From Mobula hypostoma (taxonomy: Eukaryota), in the NCBI RefSeq assembly GCF_963921235.1, contig NC_086097.1, positions 54,996,001-55,060,000 on the forward strand: DNA of 64,000 bases, written 5' to 3'. Made by a program: the position numbers and the translations under genes. This document shows, piece by piece, positions 26,670-40,000 of the stretch; the stretch's first letter is position 1; each line of letters opens with the position of its first letter. Under the pieces are notes generated by a model. That model had not been told where the DNA came from, ran no database searches, and saw only the letters and a list, made by a program, of their open reading frames with translations.

Positions 26670-27560
26670 AAGAGATTTGATAAAGTACCACATAAGATTC
26701 ATCAGCAAAACTGAAGTCCATTGATTAAAAGGGGAGGGGCTTCATCAATATAAAACTGACCTGAACGAAAGAAATGAGGTTCAAGTGAGCAATTTATTTC
26801 TTAGCTGCTGTGTTTAGTACTGGCATCACTGCATTTGAAATTATAGATACAGACAACACTAATTTTCAAGTCATGTATTAGCGGCCCAGATATGGATTTA
26901 TTTCAAATGTTTGCTGATGACATGAAACTTTGAAATTGTGCACAATGAAGTGGATTTGAAACACAGGACAGAATAAGAAATAGGAGCAGGCCATCTAGCC
27001 CCCTTGCTTTTACTGCACAAGGTGAAATGATGATGAAACATTACAGATGCAAATCAACACAAGTTTGAAGTGAACATTTTAGTAGTTGGAATAGGAGACC
27101 ACACAAACTGAACTATACAGTTTTAATGTGGGTGCAACAATAAGAAAGGTATTTATAGACAAATCTTGAAAATGCTAGGATAAATTGAGAAGGTCATTTA
27201 AATACTCGTGTAAATCCATAGTTACGAAGAGTAAAAACAAAAATTACTTCAAACTTTTATCAAATGCTGTTTAGGCCCAAGATTGAAATCACAGTTTGGG
27301 AATGTGGCAAGATGTGAGAGTGTGCTGAAATGATTATCATCAAGGAAAAGAGACTTCAGTAATACAGTGTTTCTGTAGAAACTGGTGCTTTTCTTAGAGA
27401 AGCTCCATCAGTGCTTAGAATCTTGAGGGGTTTCGAAAATAAAAATCACAATAAACTGTTTGGGTGACAGAAGGGTTGAAGGGTTACCAACTAGGTAATT
27501 TGCAAAATAACAAGGCAAAATGAGAGGGGAAAAAGAACTGCTGTCATTTGGAATAGTCAG
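26670..27560 (+). mobile_element. Ancient CR1 fragment
   Basis: tttgataaagtaccacataag and tttgctgatgacatgaaact motifs. Confidence 0.6.
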
Positions 27561-28038
27561 CCTGAGAATGGTAGAATTTGAACTGGTACCATTAGTAAGG
27601 ATGAATACCTTTCAAATTCTTCAACAGTGTATGCCTTGAGCTTAGTGAATTGCAAACAGATTTAAAATTGCACCATCCTTAGTTTTCAAGTGTCACTTAA
27701 GGATTCTGCAAATATTCCAACAGCTGACATTCACTGGTGCAAACCACTGAAAAGTCCTTCATTAATAAAGTTGTCATTTAAATCACATCTGATAAGATCA
27801 TTACCTAGTACTCTGAAATAAAAATGTGCTCCTACCATTTCCTTTGCACAATTACATCTTGTACACAAATTTGTTCAAAGTAGTTCCATTATTCCAAAAC
27901 AAAATTTAACCAGTTCTAATCAGCTGATTATGCTTCTGAGCCATATAAAGTTTATCTAGTTTTATATATTTTATAGGCACTACAAGTAATGTTATGTGTT
28001 TTTCCCTTCATAAATTTATACTCCAGTGCAGCAAGTAA

Positions 28039-28348
28039 TCAGCGCTGTCCATAGTACTGCTTCCACCATGATGTAACAGAAGCTGCTGCAGAAGATATCA
28101 TACCACCAGTACTGTTACTGTTGCTGACAGGTTGAGATGCTTGCATGGCTTGACTTTGCAATACTTCAACTGGTTGAGAGGGAATATCATAAAATTTAGG
28201 ACTAGGTACAGTCTCCCAATCTGTTCCCAGATCAGTTTCTTCATCACTTATGTATTCATCACCACTTTCATCAGTCTGAGCAGCAATATTTGGATCCACT
28301 AATTCCATTGAATCTTCAAGATCAGCACTGATTTCAAAAGGACCAGAT
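28039..28348 (-). CDS. ATG14: ATG14 last coding exon (LIR motif and BATS domain, stop)
   Basis: tttAG|[20 protein letters not shown]...[17 protein letters not shown]...[22 protein letters not shown]. Exons 2-10 total 1261 nt (1 nt + 420 codons) in one frame. Confidence 0.96.
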
Positions 28349-29684
28349 CTAAATTTAAAAGAAAATATTACTTTGTACACATGTAATAACACAGATTTTC
28401 AAGTATTAATGTTTTGGTCAAAGAATTTTTGTTCTACTCATGGAAATGTGTGGGTGTCAGAATTAAGCCAGTAAGTGCTGTCTATCATTGGCCTTAGAAA
28501 GTTAGTGGTGTGCACCTTCCTTGAAAAACTAGCCTAGCTGACGTTCATTCTATGCTACTATCAATCAAGGAGCCCATTTGGATACTGACTCAGCAATAAT
28601 GAATAGCAATATTTTCCAAAGAAAGTATCTAAAAGGTTGTGGTCTTTCCATTCATCTGCTGTCCTTGATCTATTGGGGAGTGGGTTTATGAGAAGCTTCA
28701 GTGAATCTTATAAATATTACACACTATAGTGATGTCATGCATGAAGCTGCATTCATCCAATTTTTTAAAAATTCCATTACCTGCCTTGTAAATAAAAGGA
28801 AGTACTTAGGAGTTGTCAGTTAAATCAATCATCAATGAATGCTAGGCTTTGTTTACTAATGTAATTAGTAACTATACAACTGATCCAGTGGTTTCCTCTC
28901 GATGAAAGACTATTGGCACATTTTCTCTCCTTTCAAAACAACTCAAAATGATTTAAAACAAATGAAGTTCTCTGAAATGAACACTGAGGTAATATCAAAA
29001 AGCCCAGCAATCAGTTTGTGAAAAACACCAGATTATTTGTTTTTGGCACATTGAGATATTCTACACTTAGTTACAGTGTGATAATTATTTTTCTTTAGAT
29101 TTGCATAAGGGAACTCATTTTAATATCTCATTCAAAAAATTGGCACCCGCACCCCCCCAAAGAATCCCCACTCCCTCATTACTGCTTTAGCGTCAGCCTT
29201 GATTTTTGTGCTGAGACAACATCCTGATTCAGAGTCATGATGAACTCAAGTGAATTCCACTGATTTCCCAAAGTACTGCAAACTTGCTTGTGGGAGATTC
29301 ACAATGATAGTATGACTGAATGTCAAGGAGACCATATGAGATTCTCCCCCCTCGGCTATTAGTGACTATTATGATACATTTCTGTATTATACTTAATGTT
29401 TAACCAGGTTGTGTCCAAACATTAGCCTTATTTTGGTGCACAAAGGCACAAACTGCTTCAAAATTCCAGTTAAGATGGTACTACCAAACGTGAGTAGCCT
29501 AGCATTTTTTGTCTTTGTATAAGAAACTAGAGGTTGTTTCAAGTGATCCTGTTAAAACTGCTGTATGCAGATCAGCCATTTCAGTTGCATTCACGGTCAT
29601 CACTGAGAATATGTACAAAGTTTTGATCTAATCTGTTAAACAACCCATCTCTTTTGTGTTCTTAACTGAAGCATGGTTGTTCAG

Positions 29685-30000
29685 AGTCAAATCAGGTTCA
29701 TTATCACTGATAATTTATTATTTTTGTGGCAGTGTGAAACAAAAAAATTACGATATTACATTAAAAAATGTGTTAATGGATCATTCATAAATCTGATGGC
29801 AGAGAGGAGAGGCTGTTCCTAAAACACCGAGTGAGTGTAAGTTTGAGTATGTATGTATGTTCAAGCTCCTGTACCTTCTCGATGATGGTAGTAATGAGAA
29901 GTGGGCATGTCCCAGATGGTGAGGGTCCTTAGTGATGGATGGTATCTTCTTGAGGCACCACCTTCTGAAGATGTCCTCAGTGGTGGGGAGGTTGAGCCAT
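29685..30000 (-). mobile_element. Rex1/L2-like LINE 3' fragment
   Basis: aatcaggttcattatcactg tail and body shared with other copies. Confidence 0.7.
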
Positions 30001-30004
30001 AATT

Positions 30005-31345
30005 GAGTCCACTCTATTAAGGCCTTTCACCATTCGATAGGTTTCAGTGAGATCACCCCTCATTATTCTCAATTCTAGTGAATACAGGCCCAAAGCCATC
30101 AGACGCTCTTCTTAAGACAAGCCATTCAATCCTAGAATCATTCTCGTGAACCTCCTTTGAACCCTCTCCAGTTCTGGCATGTCCTTTCTAAGATAAGGGG
30201 CCCAAACCTACTCATAATACTCCAGGTGCTTTATAAAGTTTCAACATTATATCTTTGCTTTTACATACTCGTCCTCTTGAAATGAATGCCAACATTGCAT
30301 TTGCCTTCTTCACCACCAACTCAATCTGCAAATTGACCTTTAAGGAATCCAGCACAAGTACTCCCAAGACCCTTTGCATCTGTTTTTTTGTATATTCTCT
30401 CCATTGAGAAACCCTTTCATTTCTTCTATTGAAGTGCATGACCATACACTCACCAAGACTATTCCATTTGCCATTTCTTTGACCATTCTCCTAATGTGTC
30501 TGGCCTTCTGTAGCCTCTCTACCCCCTCAAAACTACCTGCCCCTCCAGCTATCTTCATATCGTCTGCAAACTTTGCAACAAAGCCAACAATTCCATCATC
30601 CAAATCATTGACATACAACGTAAAAAGAATTGGTCCCAACACAGACCCTTGTGGAACACCACTAGTCACCAGCAGCCAATCAGAAAAGGCTCGCTTTATT
30701 CCCACTCTTTGCCTCCTCCCAATCAGTCACTGCTTTATCCATGCTGGAATCAATACCATGGGCTCATAGCTTGTTATGCATCCTCATGTATGGCACTTTG
30801 TCACAGGCCTTCTGGAAATCCAAGTACACAACATCAACTAATTCTCCTTTGTCTATCCTGCTTGTTACTTCTTCAAAGAATTCCAACAAATTTTGTCAGG
30901 CAAGGTTTTCCCTTGAGAAACCACGCTGACTACGGCTTATCTTATCATATGCCTCCAAGTACCCCAAGAACTCATCCTTAATAATCGACTCCAACATCTT
31001 ACCAACCACTGAGGTCAGACCAACTGGCCTATAGTTTCCTTTCTTCTGCCTCTCTCCCATCTTGAAGAGTGGGGTGACATTTGCAATTTTCCAGTTTTCT
31101 GGAACCATTCCAGAATGTAGTGATTCTTGAAAGATCATTTCTAATGCACCCACGATCTATTCAGCCACCTCTTTCAGAACTCTGAGGTGTACACCATCTG
31201 GTCCAGGTAACTTATCTACCTTCAGACCTTTCAGTTTCCCAAGAACCTTGTCTCTAGTTATGGTAACTTCACACACTTCATGGCCCTGACACCTGGAGCA
31301 TACTGCTCATGTCTTCCACAGTGAAAAATATTTGTTCAGTTCATA
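30005..31345 (-). mobile_element. CR1 ORF2 (RT) fragment
   Basis: WKIANVTPLFK..NYRPVGLTSVVGKMLE, SGVPQGSVLGPILF, KFADD. Confidence 0.92.
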
Positions 31346-32062
31346 CTGTGGGAAGACCTCAAGCACAAATATAATTATTTGACATTATTATAATCTACAT
31401 TTTTTGTTTGTTTAAAAGTGATTATTATCAGAATAGCCCAAACTTGTATAAGCATCACAAGTGTATCCAACCATAATGCAGTATTATAAATGCTTTTGTG
31501 AAGTAGTTTTTGACTACCCAGTCATGTAGATAAAGCTTTTTCCACCTCTCAATTTTCAGGTGTGTTTGATGTGATTCTGCCAGGGTCCCTTATAGAATCA
31601 CTGGGGGGGGGGGGGGGGTGGCGGGGAGACTGTTGGAAACCGCTGGTTTTTAATACTTTTTATAAGATGAATTAATGTCAGACTAAAGTTGTATTTTAAT
31701 TATTTGTACTTTTTAACAAACATGTATTTTTCACAGTATATGGTGGGTCGTCCCCACTCACTAGCAGAAAGCGGTATCACAGTCAAACGAACAGTTTATC
31801 ACCTTTCTCATTTTGCCTTGGCTAAGTATTAGCATTTTACCAACATGATGGAATTGTGCAAACATCGATCGGTTTATTTTATCCAAGGTATTTTTCTTAT
31901 CTCAATTATAAAAGAAATGGATGTTTCAGAGGCTTTGCTTCTTATTCTCTCTTTTTTTTCTTTGGCTTCTGACTGCTTTTCGTTCATCTTAGCTTTGTTT
32001 CTCAGGTTAGTATTTAGTTTGCTTAGTATCTTTATGTTTGTTTGTTCTTTAAAATAAATGAT

Positions 32063-34244
32063 TGTTAGTACGAACTGAGGCCATAGGAGAATGGTATAAC
32101 AATTTGATCCAGGATATAAATTTCGGGCTGAAGTTAAATATTTCAAGCACCTTAAATAAGTAGGGCCATCCAACTCTATCAAAGGCTTTTTCAGCGTCTA
32201 AGGAAATGACACATTCAGGATCGTTTTGTGACGGGGTATAGACAATAGTTAAAAGTGTATGAATATTATAAAAAGAGTAGCGATTCTTAATAAAACCCAT
32301 TTGGTCTTCCGAAATAATATAAGGAACTGCCTTTTTCTAGTCTATTTGCTAATAATTTAGAAAAAATCTTAGAGTCAACATTTAACAAGGATATTGGTCT
32401 ATAAGATGCACATTGAGTGGGGTCTTTATCCTTCTTTAATATTAAAGAGATCGATGCTCTATAAAAGGATTCTGGTAGTTTACCAAGTTTTAATGAGGCC
32501 TCCAGAACCCTGGATAATCAGGGGACTAATGAGGGTGCAAAAGATTTTTAAAATTCCACGGTAAACCCATCAGGGCCAGGAGCTTTCCCCGAGTTCATAG
32601 AAAAAATAACATTCTTAATCTCATCAGTAGTAAAGGAAGTTTCTAACATAGAAGATACATCGTGTGTAATCTTAGGGAAGTCTAGGTTATCTAAAAAGTC
32701 ACACATATGTTTAGAATCTCGTGGAGATTCTGATTGATATAAAGAGGAATAAAAATCAAAAAAGGATTGATTAATCTCAGCTTGATCAAACGTCAGTTGA
32801 TCTTTTTGATTATAAATCTGATTAATTTGAAATTTAATGGAGTTTGTCTTCAATTGATGTAGCCAACAGTTTACCAACTTTGTCTTTATGTATATAAATT
32901 TCACTTCTTGTCTTCATTAATTGATTTGCAATAGAGGACGAAAGTAATAAACTGTATTCCATTTGAAGTTCAGTTCTTTGTTTATACAGCTTCTCAGATG
33001 GAGCTGTAGCATATTTCTTATCTATTTCCTTAATCTTGTCCACAAGAGCAACCTCTTCCTTCTTCAACCTTTTCCTCAACGCAGCAGAGTACGAAATGAC
33101 CTGGCCACAAATATAAGCTTTAAAAGTATCCCAAAGGGTGTTCATGGAAATATCGTCTGTACTGTTAATTGTAAAAAAAAAATCAATCTGTTCATTCATA
33201 AAGTTAACAAAATCCAAGTTTTTGGCCTCAGTTCGTACTAACACTCTAAATTCACCTTTTTTCCCTCTTTTTCGAGGTACCAGACAAGGTTGTCCTCTTA
33301 GTCCTTTATTATTTGATATAGCATTAGAACCTCTTGCAATTGCTATTCGAGAATCTCCTAACATTATTGGTATAACCCATGGGTTAAAGTCTCATAAAGT
33401 ATCACTTTATGCTGATGACTTACTTTTATATATCTAATCCACTTTATTTAACTTTGACTGGTCGTATTAATGCTGTTAAGATGTTTATTCTGCCAAAATT
33501 TTTGTATATATTTCAGGCATTACCGATTTTTGTTCCAAAATCCTTTTTTGATAAAGTAGACGCTAAAATCTCTTCATTTATTTGGCAAAATAAAAACCCA
33601 AGATTGGGTAGAATCCATCTACAGAAAGCTAAGAGAGATGGAGGCTTGGCATTACCTAACTTTAGATTTTATTATTGGGCAATTAATATTTGACACATGA
33701 AATTTTGGTTACTTGACCAAGATATACTATCCATTCCTAAATGGGTAGTTCTGGAATTACATTCTGTTCAAGGCTATGCACTTGGTTCTATAGTAGGTTC
33801 TTCTCTTCCTTCCAATTTGAAACGCTATAAACAGATTTGCAATCCGATAGTTAAACATACCTTACGCATTTGGTTTCAATTCTGAAAATTTTTCGATCTT
33901 AATCAATTTGTGCTAGCGATTCCTATTATTGGCAATATATTTTTTCTCCCCTCCTCTATGGACCGTGCCTTTCAAATTTGGAAGACTAATGGTATATCAT
34001 GGTTTTTGGACTTGTTTTCAGATGGTTTCCTTATGTCTTTTGAACAGTTATCTAATAAATACAATTTACCAAGAACACATGTTTTTTAGATATTTGCAAG
34101 TTAGAAATTTCCTAAATACCATACTTTCTTCCCTTCCGGCGTTACTCCCTACAAATATTTTAGACGCTGTCATTAACCTCAACCTGTGTCAGAAGGTGTA
34201 ACGGCTATTACTTATAATACTATCATGAAAATAAATGATTGTTA
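32063..34244. mobile_element. L1-clade LINE ORF2 insertion with 5' inversion (32063-33222 minus, 33223-34244 plus)
   Basis: LWDTFKAYICGQ, GKAPGPDGFTVEF and SLDAEKAFDRVGW on the minus strand; RGTRQGCPLSPLLF, SLYADDLLLY, GRINAVKM and GGLALPNFRFYYWA on the plus strand. Flanked by a 17-bp direct repeat. Confidence 0.92.
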
Positions 34245-34309
34245 AGAATTTAAGCCATTCTTGACTCTTGGTGGAACTCCAAGTATCAGAAAATAACACA
34301 TACCAAATC

Positions 34310-35228
34310 TTCTCAGACTCCTAATGAACTATGGCCCCTGGCATGCTTTCTTCATGATTGCATCAATGTGCTGGGCTCAGGATAGTTATTGACACCCAGG
34401 AACTTGAAGCTGCTCACCCTATCCACTGCTGACTCCTCAATGACTTTCCCTTCCTGAAGTCCACAATCAATTCCTTGGTCTTACTGACGTTGACTGCAAA
34501 ATTGCTGTTGTGACAGCTGATCTAGCACACTCCTATACGCCCCTCCTATGCCACTTGATATTCTACCAACAACAGTGGTATCATTGAACTTGTTGATGGT
34601 GTTTGAGTTGTAACCAGCCAAACAGTCATGAGTGTAGAGGGAATTATAGTTATTATAGGCATCCGTTAGTCTCGTGAGACCATGGAATTGCACCTTGGAA
34701 GGTTTCCAGGGCGCAGGCCTGGGCAAGATTGTATGGAAGACCTGCAGTTGCCCACGCTGCAAGTCTCCCCTCTCCACACCGCTGATATTGTCCAAGGGAA
34801 GGGCACTAGGGACGATACAGCTTGGCACCGGTGTTGTCGCAGAACAACGTGTGGTTAAGTGCCTTGCTCAAGGACACAATACGCTGCCTCAGCTGAGGCT
34901 TGAACTAGCGACCTTCAGATCACTAGACCGACGCCTTAACCACTTGGCCACGCGCCAACATGTAGAGGGAATAGAACAGTAGGATAAGCAGGCATCCTTT
35001 AGTTGTGCCTCTGTTGATTGTCAGCAGGAGGAGATGCTATTACTGATAAACACCGACAATGGTCTCCCTCTGAGGAAGTTGGAAGGGGAAGGCACAGAGG
35101 CCCAGGTTTTGAAGCTTGTTGATCAGTACTGAGGGGATGTTGGTGTTGAATGTTGAGCTGTAATTAGTAAACAGCAACCTGACAGAGGTATTGCTGTTGT
35201 CCAAGAGGTCTAAGGTTGAGTGGAGAAC
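34310..35228 (-). mobile_element. Rex1/Babar-like RT fragment interrupted by a SINE
   Basis: VRLLFTNYSSTFNT, LYTHDC, KFNDTTVVGRIS. Confidence 0.75.
34645..34960 (-). mobile_element. Full-length tRNA-derived SINE with CORE-like domain and 12-bp TSD
   Basis: A box TGGCCAAGTGG, B box GTTCAAGCC, CORE-like tgtgtccttgagcaaggcacttaacc, and a tail ending in tataa repeats. TSD tgtagagggaat at 34633-34644 and 34961-34972. Confidence 0.88.
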
Positions 35229-36049
35229 AATTTGCCTTTTAAATGTTTGCTGCACTTGCATAATTGTTGTACAGGGATACTCAGATCCATTCACATCAAC
35301 ATTCCCCAGTCTATCACCATGTAAATAATATTCTGCCTTTGTTTTCCCTATCCAAGTGGATAATTTCACATTTTCCATGTCATACTGCAACTGCCATGTA
35401 TTGATGTATTGGTTAGCTTCTTTAAATGGTCTTGAAACTGTCTGACTTGTGCCCTAGGATGCTCAAACACTGTAAGAGTAGGTCAGAGCCTGAACATCCT
35501 ACGGCATGTGGCTCAACTCCAGATACGTGAAAGTTATAATACAATCTACAAGGCACAAGTTAGAAGCATGATGGAATACTTTTCACTTGCTTGGATAAGT
35601 GTCCCCACAATACTAAAATATCACAAAGTTGAAGGACAAAGCAGTCTGCTTGATTAGCACCCCCTCCAACACCTGGAGCATTTATTCTCTCTTCCTGTGC
35701 ACTTGGTCTGCAGTGTACACCATCTGCAAAAGTACACTGCACCAAGCGAAGTGTTTCCCAACCTGAGATGCAAGAAACCCTTGGGAAGGATGCCAGTGAT
35801 CATGGGGCAACCATGAGAATTCAATAAAGTTAGGTAGTTACAAATGCAAAAATGCAAACACCTTCAGCAAATTAGCTACTCAGAAGCAGGCTAGGCAAAT
35901 AAATACAAAAGCCAATTTCTATTTGAAAATGTGCCAATTGACATAAATATTTACATATTGTGCTTTGAGTTTATAGAATTAATTTAATCAGAACTACACT
36001 TTGTAATGCAAGCTAAATTCCCTTCAATTCAATTAAAGATCCAACCTAC

Positions 36050-36135
36050 CTTCCCAGGCTTTTATTTTCTGGACTGACCAAGTGCATAATGTTCCGCAGT
36101 GTGTGCAATGGATGTAACAGCTCTGGGTTAACATG
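36050..36135 (-). CDS. ATG14: ATG14 coding exon 9 (86 nt)
   Basis: tgtac[30 protein letters not shown]|GTAGGT. Confidence 0.93.
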
Positions 36136-36583
36136 CTGTACAATAAGAAATGTTACAATATATGAGCAATGTTGCTTACTGAAAATAATAAAATGAAATA
36201 AGAATTCTACCTACTTCGTTACTACAGCAAAACTCATATTCTGGCAAGTTTGGGATGTGCTGATTTTCTTTTAACATCCCAAAACATTTGTAAACTCCTT
36301 TTAAAGTTGAATGGGAACATTAGAACTGGGGTACCACTGCAAAGATGATCTCATAAGCCAGATATTGAACTATCACAATTTTTCAATAGTTGGATGTTAG
36401 ATTACTGCAGTTCTAGTATTTTTTTTAAATAAACAGCCAACTTATTGTTGCACTTTTTTCAGTTTATAACAACTTGATCTGCACCAAGAGGCTCAGCAGC
36501 AACAATTTTCAGTGTAAACAAGTCATACTTCTTTAAAAATATGTAAAATAAAATTTAATCCATTTCACATTAAAATGAGATAC

Positions 36584-36674
36584 CTGGGAAAAGCAGAGGT
36601 ACAGGATATTTGTATTTAGTTTATTCACTGCTCGAATGAACTTCTTTCTGCTCATATTCTCTTCACAAAATTCA
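36584..36674 (-). CDS. ATG14: ATG14 coding exon 8 (91 nt)
   Basis: ttttttgcAG|[36 protein letters not shown]. Confidence 0.93.
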
Positions 36675-37039
36675 CTGCAAAAAAAATCTTGGTTATGAAA
36701 ATCATCAGACATATTTTAAAGCAATGCCAAACTAGAAAATTGGGAGAATGTTAACAACTGAATGAAATTCATGCCTACATTTTCAATCATCTCAGACTCC
36801 TAGTTTTTTGCCATTTCAAGCAGTTATAAAAACCAAACTCTAAAATAATGGGGAATATAGACACGAGTTTTATTTCTATAGAATTTAATTTTTTAATATT
36901 CTCCAAATTCTCAATTTCTGATGTGTACCTTCACACTCTTCAAAGCACACTGTCATCTTCAACCTTTTCTCTGGTCCAATGATAGCCCCCCCCCCCCCGC
37001 CACACACACACACACACACATTTACCCACCCCCATCCTT

Positions 37040-40000
37040 TATTTTTTTGCGGCGCAGTTGAATTGGTGCAGGAAGCTTCATGCAGGTCAGGAAGCATGAG
37101 ATTTTAAAAAAGGAGCTTTTGGCTTTTTTCACGTCACAATCACAGTCACCAATTTGTGCAGAAGATCTCATGCAAGTCAAGGAGTAAGAGATTTTTTTAA
37201 AAAGCGTTTTCGTGGGATTTCGGCTTTTTCCGGTGACATAGTTGCAATTCATTAGCAAGGGCAAATAAAAATAAGACAGGGACAAGTGGAGTGGCCACTG
37301 TGTGAGTTAATCAGTGAGTTAAGGAGTGGGAAGGCTTTGGCAGGAACAGGTTTGGGCAAGGTACAATATCTGGTAATTTTCTTCTTCATTCTTCGTCTCT
37401 TAGTGCATAGTTAAAGCAGCGAGGATGACTCCAGACACTGTTGTGTTCTTTGTGTGACTTCCTGCCTCCCAGATAGCTACATCTGCACCAGGTGCATGGA
37501 ACTAGATCTGCAGTTCATATGGGAAACTGAGGAGATGATAGGAGCTACAGGGAACTATTCACCTGAAAGTGGCCTGTGGCTGGAAAATAGGTGACTGCCA
37601 GGAGAGGGAAGGGAACTGGGTAGTCAGTACAGAATACCCCTGTGGCTGTTTTGCTCAATAAAAAGAATACCGTTTTGGATACTGTTGATGGGGAAGACCT
37701 ACTGGGTGGGAGCTGCAGCCACCAGGTCTCTGGACTGTTTGGCTCAGAAGGGAAAGGTGCAAAAGAGGACTGCAGTAGTGGTAGGGGATTCCACAGCTAC
37801 AGGAGTAGACATGAGATACTGTGGGTGCGATACAGATATCCCAATGGTATGTTGCCTCGCAGGTGGGTGCCAGGGTCAGGGACACTGGGATTGGGTCCAC
37901 AACATTCTAAAGGGGGATTGTGAGCAGTCAGAAGCCTTGGTAAATATTGGAACCAATTACATAGGTAGGAAAAGTGAGGAGGTCCTGAAGAGAGAATTTA
38001 GCAAGCTAAGCAGAAAGCTGAAAAGCAGGATCTTCAGGGTAGCAATCTCCAGATTGCTGCTTGTGCCATGTGTCAATGAAGGGAAGAATAGGATATTCAC
38101 AGATGAATGCGTTGCTGACAGACTGGTGCAGTGGGCAGGGTTTCAGATTTCTGATCATGGGGGGGGGGGGGGAAGGCATGACCTGTACAAAAAGGACAGG
38201 TTACACCTGAACCTGAGGGGGACCAATATCCTTCCAGACAGGTTGAGTGTTCAAACTAATTTGGCAGGGGAGTGGGAACCAGAGTGATGGGGCTAAGGAT
38301 AGGGCTGTTGGTTTGGTAGCAGAGACAGTCAGGCAGATGATAGGGCAAAATTGCAGTCAGTGGGATGAGTTGCCATGTAAAAGGGGGACAAAATTGAAAA
38401 GGGTGATACATAAAGTACTGAAGGTGTTATATTTGAATGCACACAGGTACAAGGAATAAATAAAGTAGATGATGTTGAAACTCAGGGATTGGCAGGTATG
38501 ATGTGGGCATCACTGAGTCATGGCTGAAAGAAGTTTATATTTGGGAGCTTAACATCCAAGGATACACGTTGTATCGAATGGACAGGCAGGTAGACAGAGG
38601 GGGTGGTGTGGCTCTGTTGGTAAAGAAAATGAAATCAAATCCTTAGAAGCAGGTGACATCAGATCGGAAGATGCAGAATTCTTGTGGGTAGAGTTAAGAA
38701 ACTGCAAAGGTAAAAAGATCCTGATGGGAGTTATATACCGAGCTCCAAAAAGTAGCTGGGCTGTGGGCAAAACAATTACAAAGGGAGACTGAAAAGGCAT
38801 GTCAAAATGGTAATGTTACGATAATCATGGGAATTTCAATACACAGATAAACTGGGTTCAATATGAAGATAAACTGGGAAAATCAGGTGGGTGCTGGATC
38901 ACAAGAGAGGGCATTTCCAGAATCCCTACAAGATGGCTTTTGAGAGCAGCTTGTAGTTGAGCCCACTAGGGGAGCAGTTATCATGGATTGGGTGTAATGA
39001 ACTGGATTTCATTAGTGAGCTTAAGGTAAATGAACCTTTAGGAGGCAGTGATCATAATATGATAGAAATCACCCTATAGTTTGAGAGGAAGAAGCTAAAG
39101 TCTGACATATCAATATTACAGTGGAGTAAAGAGAATTACAGACGTATGAGAAAGGAACTGGCCAAAGTTGATTGGAAGGGGAGACTAGAGTAGTATTCTA
39201 AAGGCAGGATGACACAACCATGGTTGACAAGGGAAGTCAAAGCCAACATAAAAGCAAAAGATAAGGTGCATAATAGAGCAAAAAAAAAATTAGTGATCAG
39301 TTAGAGGATTGGGAAACTTTTAAAAACCAACAGAAGGCAACTAAAAAAGCCATAATGGGGGAAAGATTAAATATGAAGGTAGGCTAGCCAACACTATCAA
39401 AGAAGATACCAAAAGTTTTTTTTCCAAATATATAAAGAGTAAAAGAGAGACAAAAGTAGATTTTGGACTGCTGGAAAGTGACGCTGGAGAGGTAGTAATG
39501 GGGATCAAGGTAATGGGGAATGAACTGAACAAGTATTTTGCATCAATCTAAATCATGCAAGACATTAGCAGGATGCTAGAAGTTCAAGAGTGGCAGGAGG
39601 CAGAAGTGAATGCAGTTGCTATTACTAGGGAGAAGGTGCTTGGGACACTGAAAAGTCTGAAGGTAGACAAGTCACCTGGACCAGATGGACTACACCCCAA
39701 GGTTCTGAAAGAGGTAGCTGAAGAGATTGTGGAGGCATTAGAAATGATCCTTCAAGAATCACTGGATTCTGGAATGGTTCCAGAAGACTGGAAAATTGCA
39801 AATGTCACTCCACTCTTCAAGGAGGGAGAGAGGCAGAAGAAAGGAAATTATAGGCTAGTTGCCTGACCTCAGTGATTGGGAAGATATTGGAACTGATTGT
39901 CAAGGATGAGGTTTCAGGGTACTGGAGGCACATAATAAAACAGGCCAAAATCAGCATGGTTTCCATCAGGGAACATCTTGCCTGACAAATCTGTTGGACT

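Noticed and set aside
31560..31645. hAT-like terminus (gttggaaaccgctg) next to a poly-G run
   Set aside because: No matching second terminal repeat or 8-bp TSD could be identified.
34880..34960. tRNA gene
   Set aside because: It is the tRNA-derived head of a SINE, continuing into CORE-like and tail sequence between TSDs.
37685..38287. Host or domesticated GDSL lipase gene
   Set aside because: It is ORF1 of a decayed CR1, contiguous with ORF2 remnants, with disrupted upstream frames.
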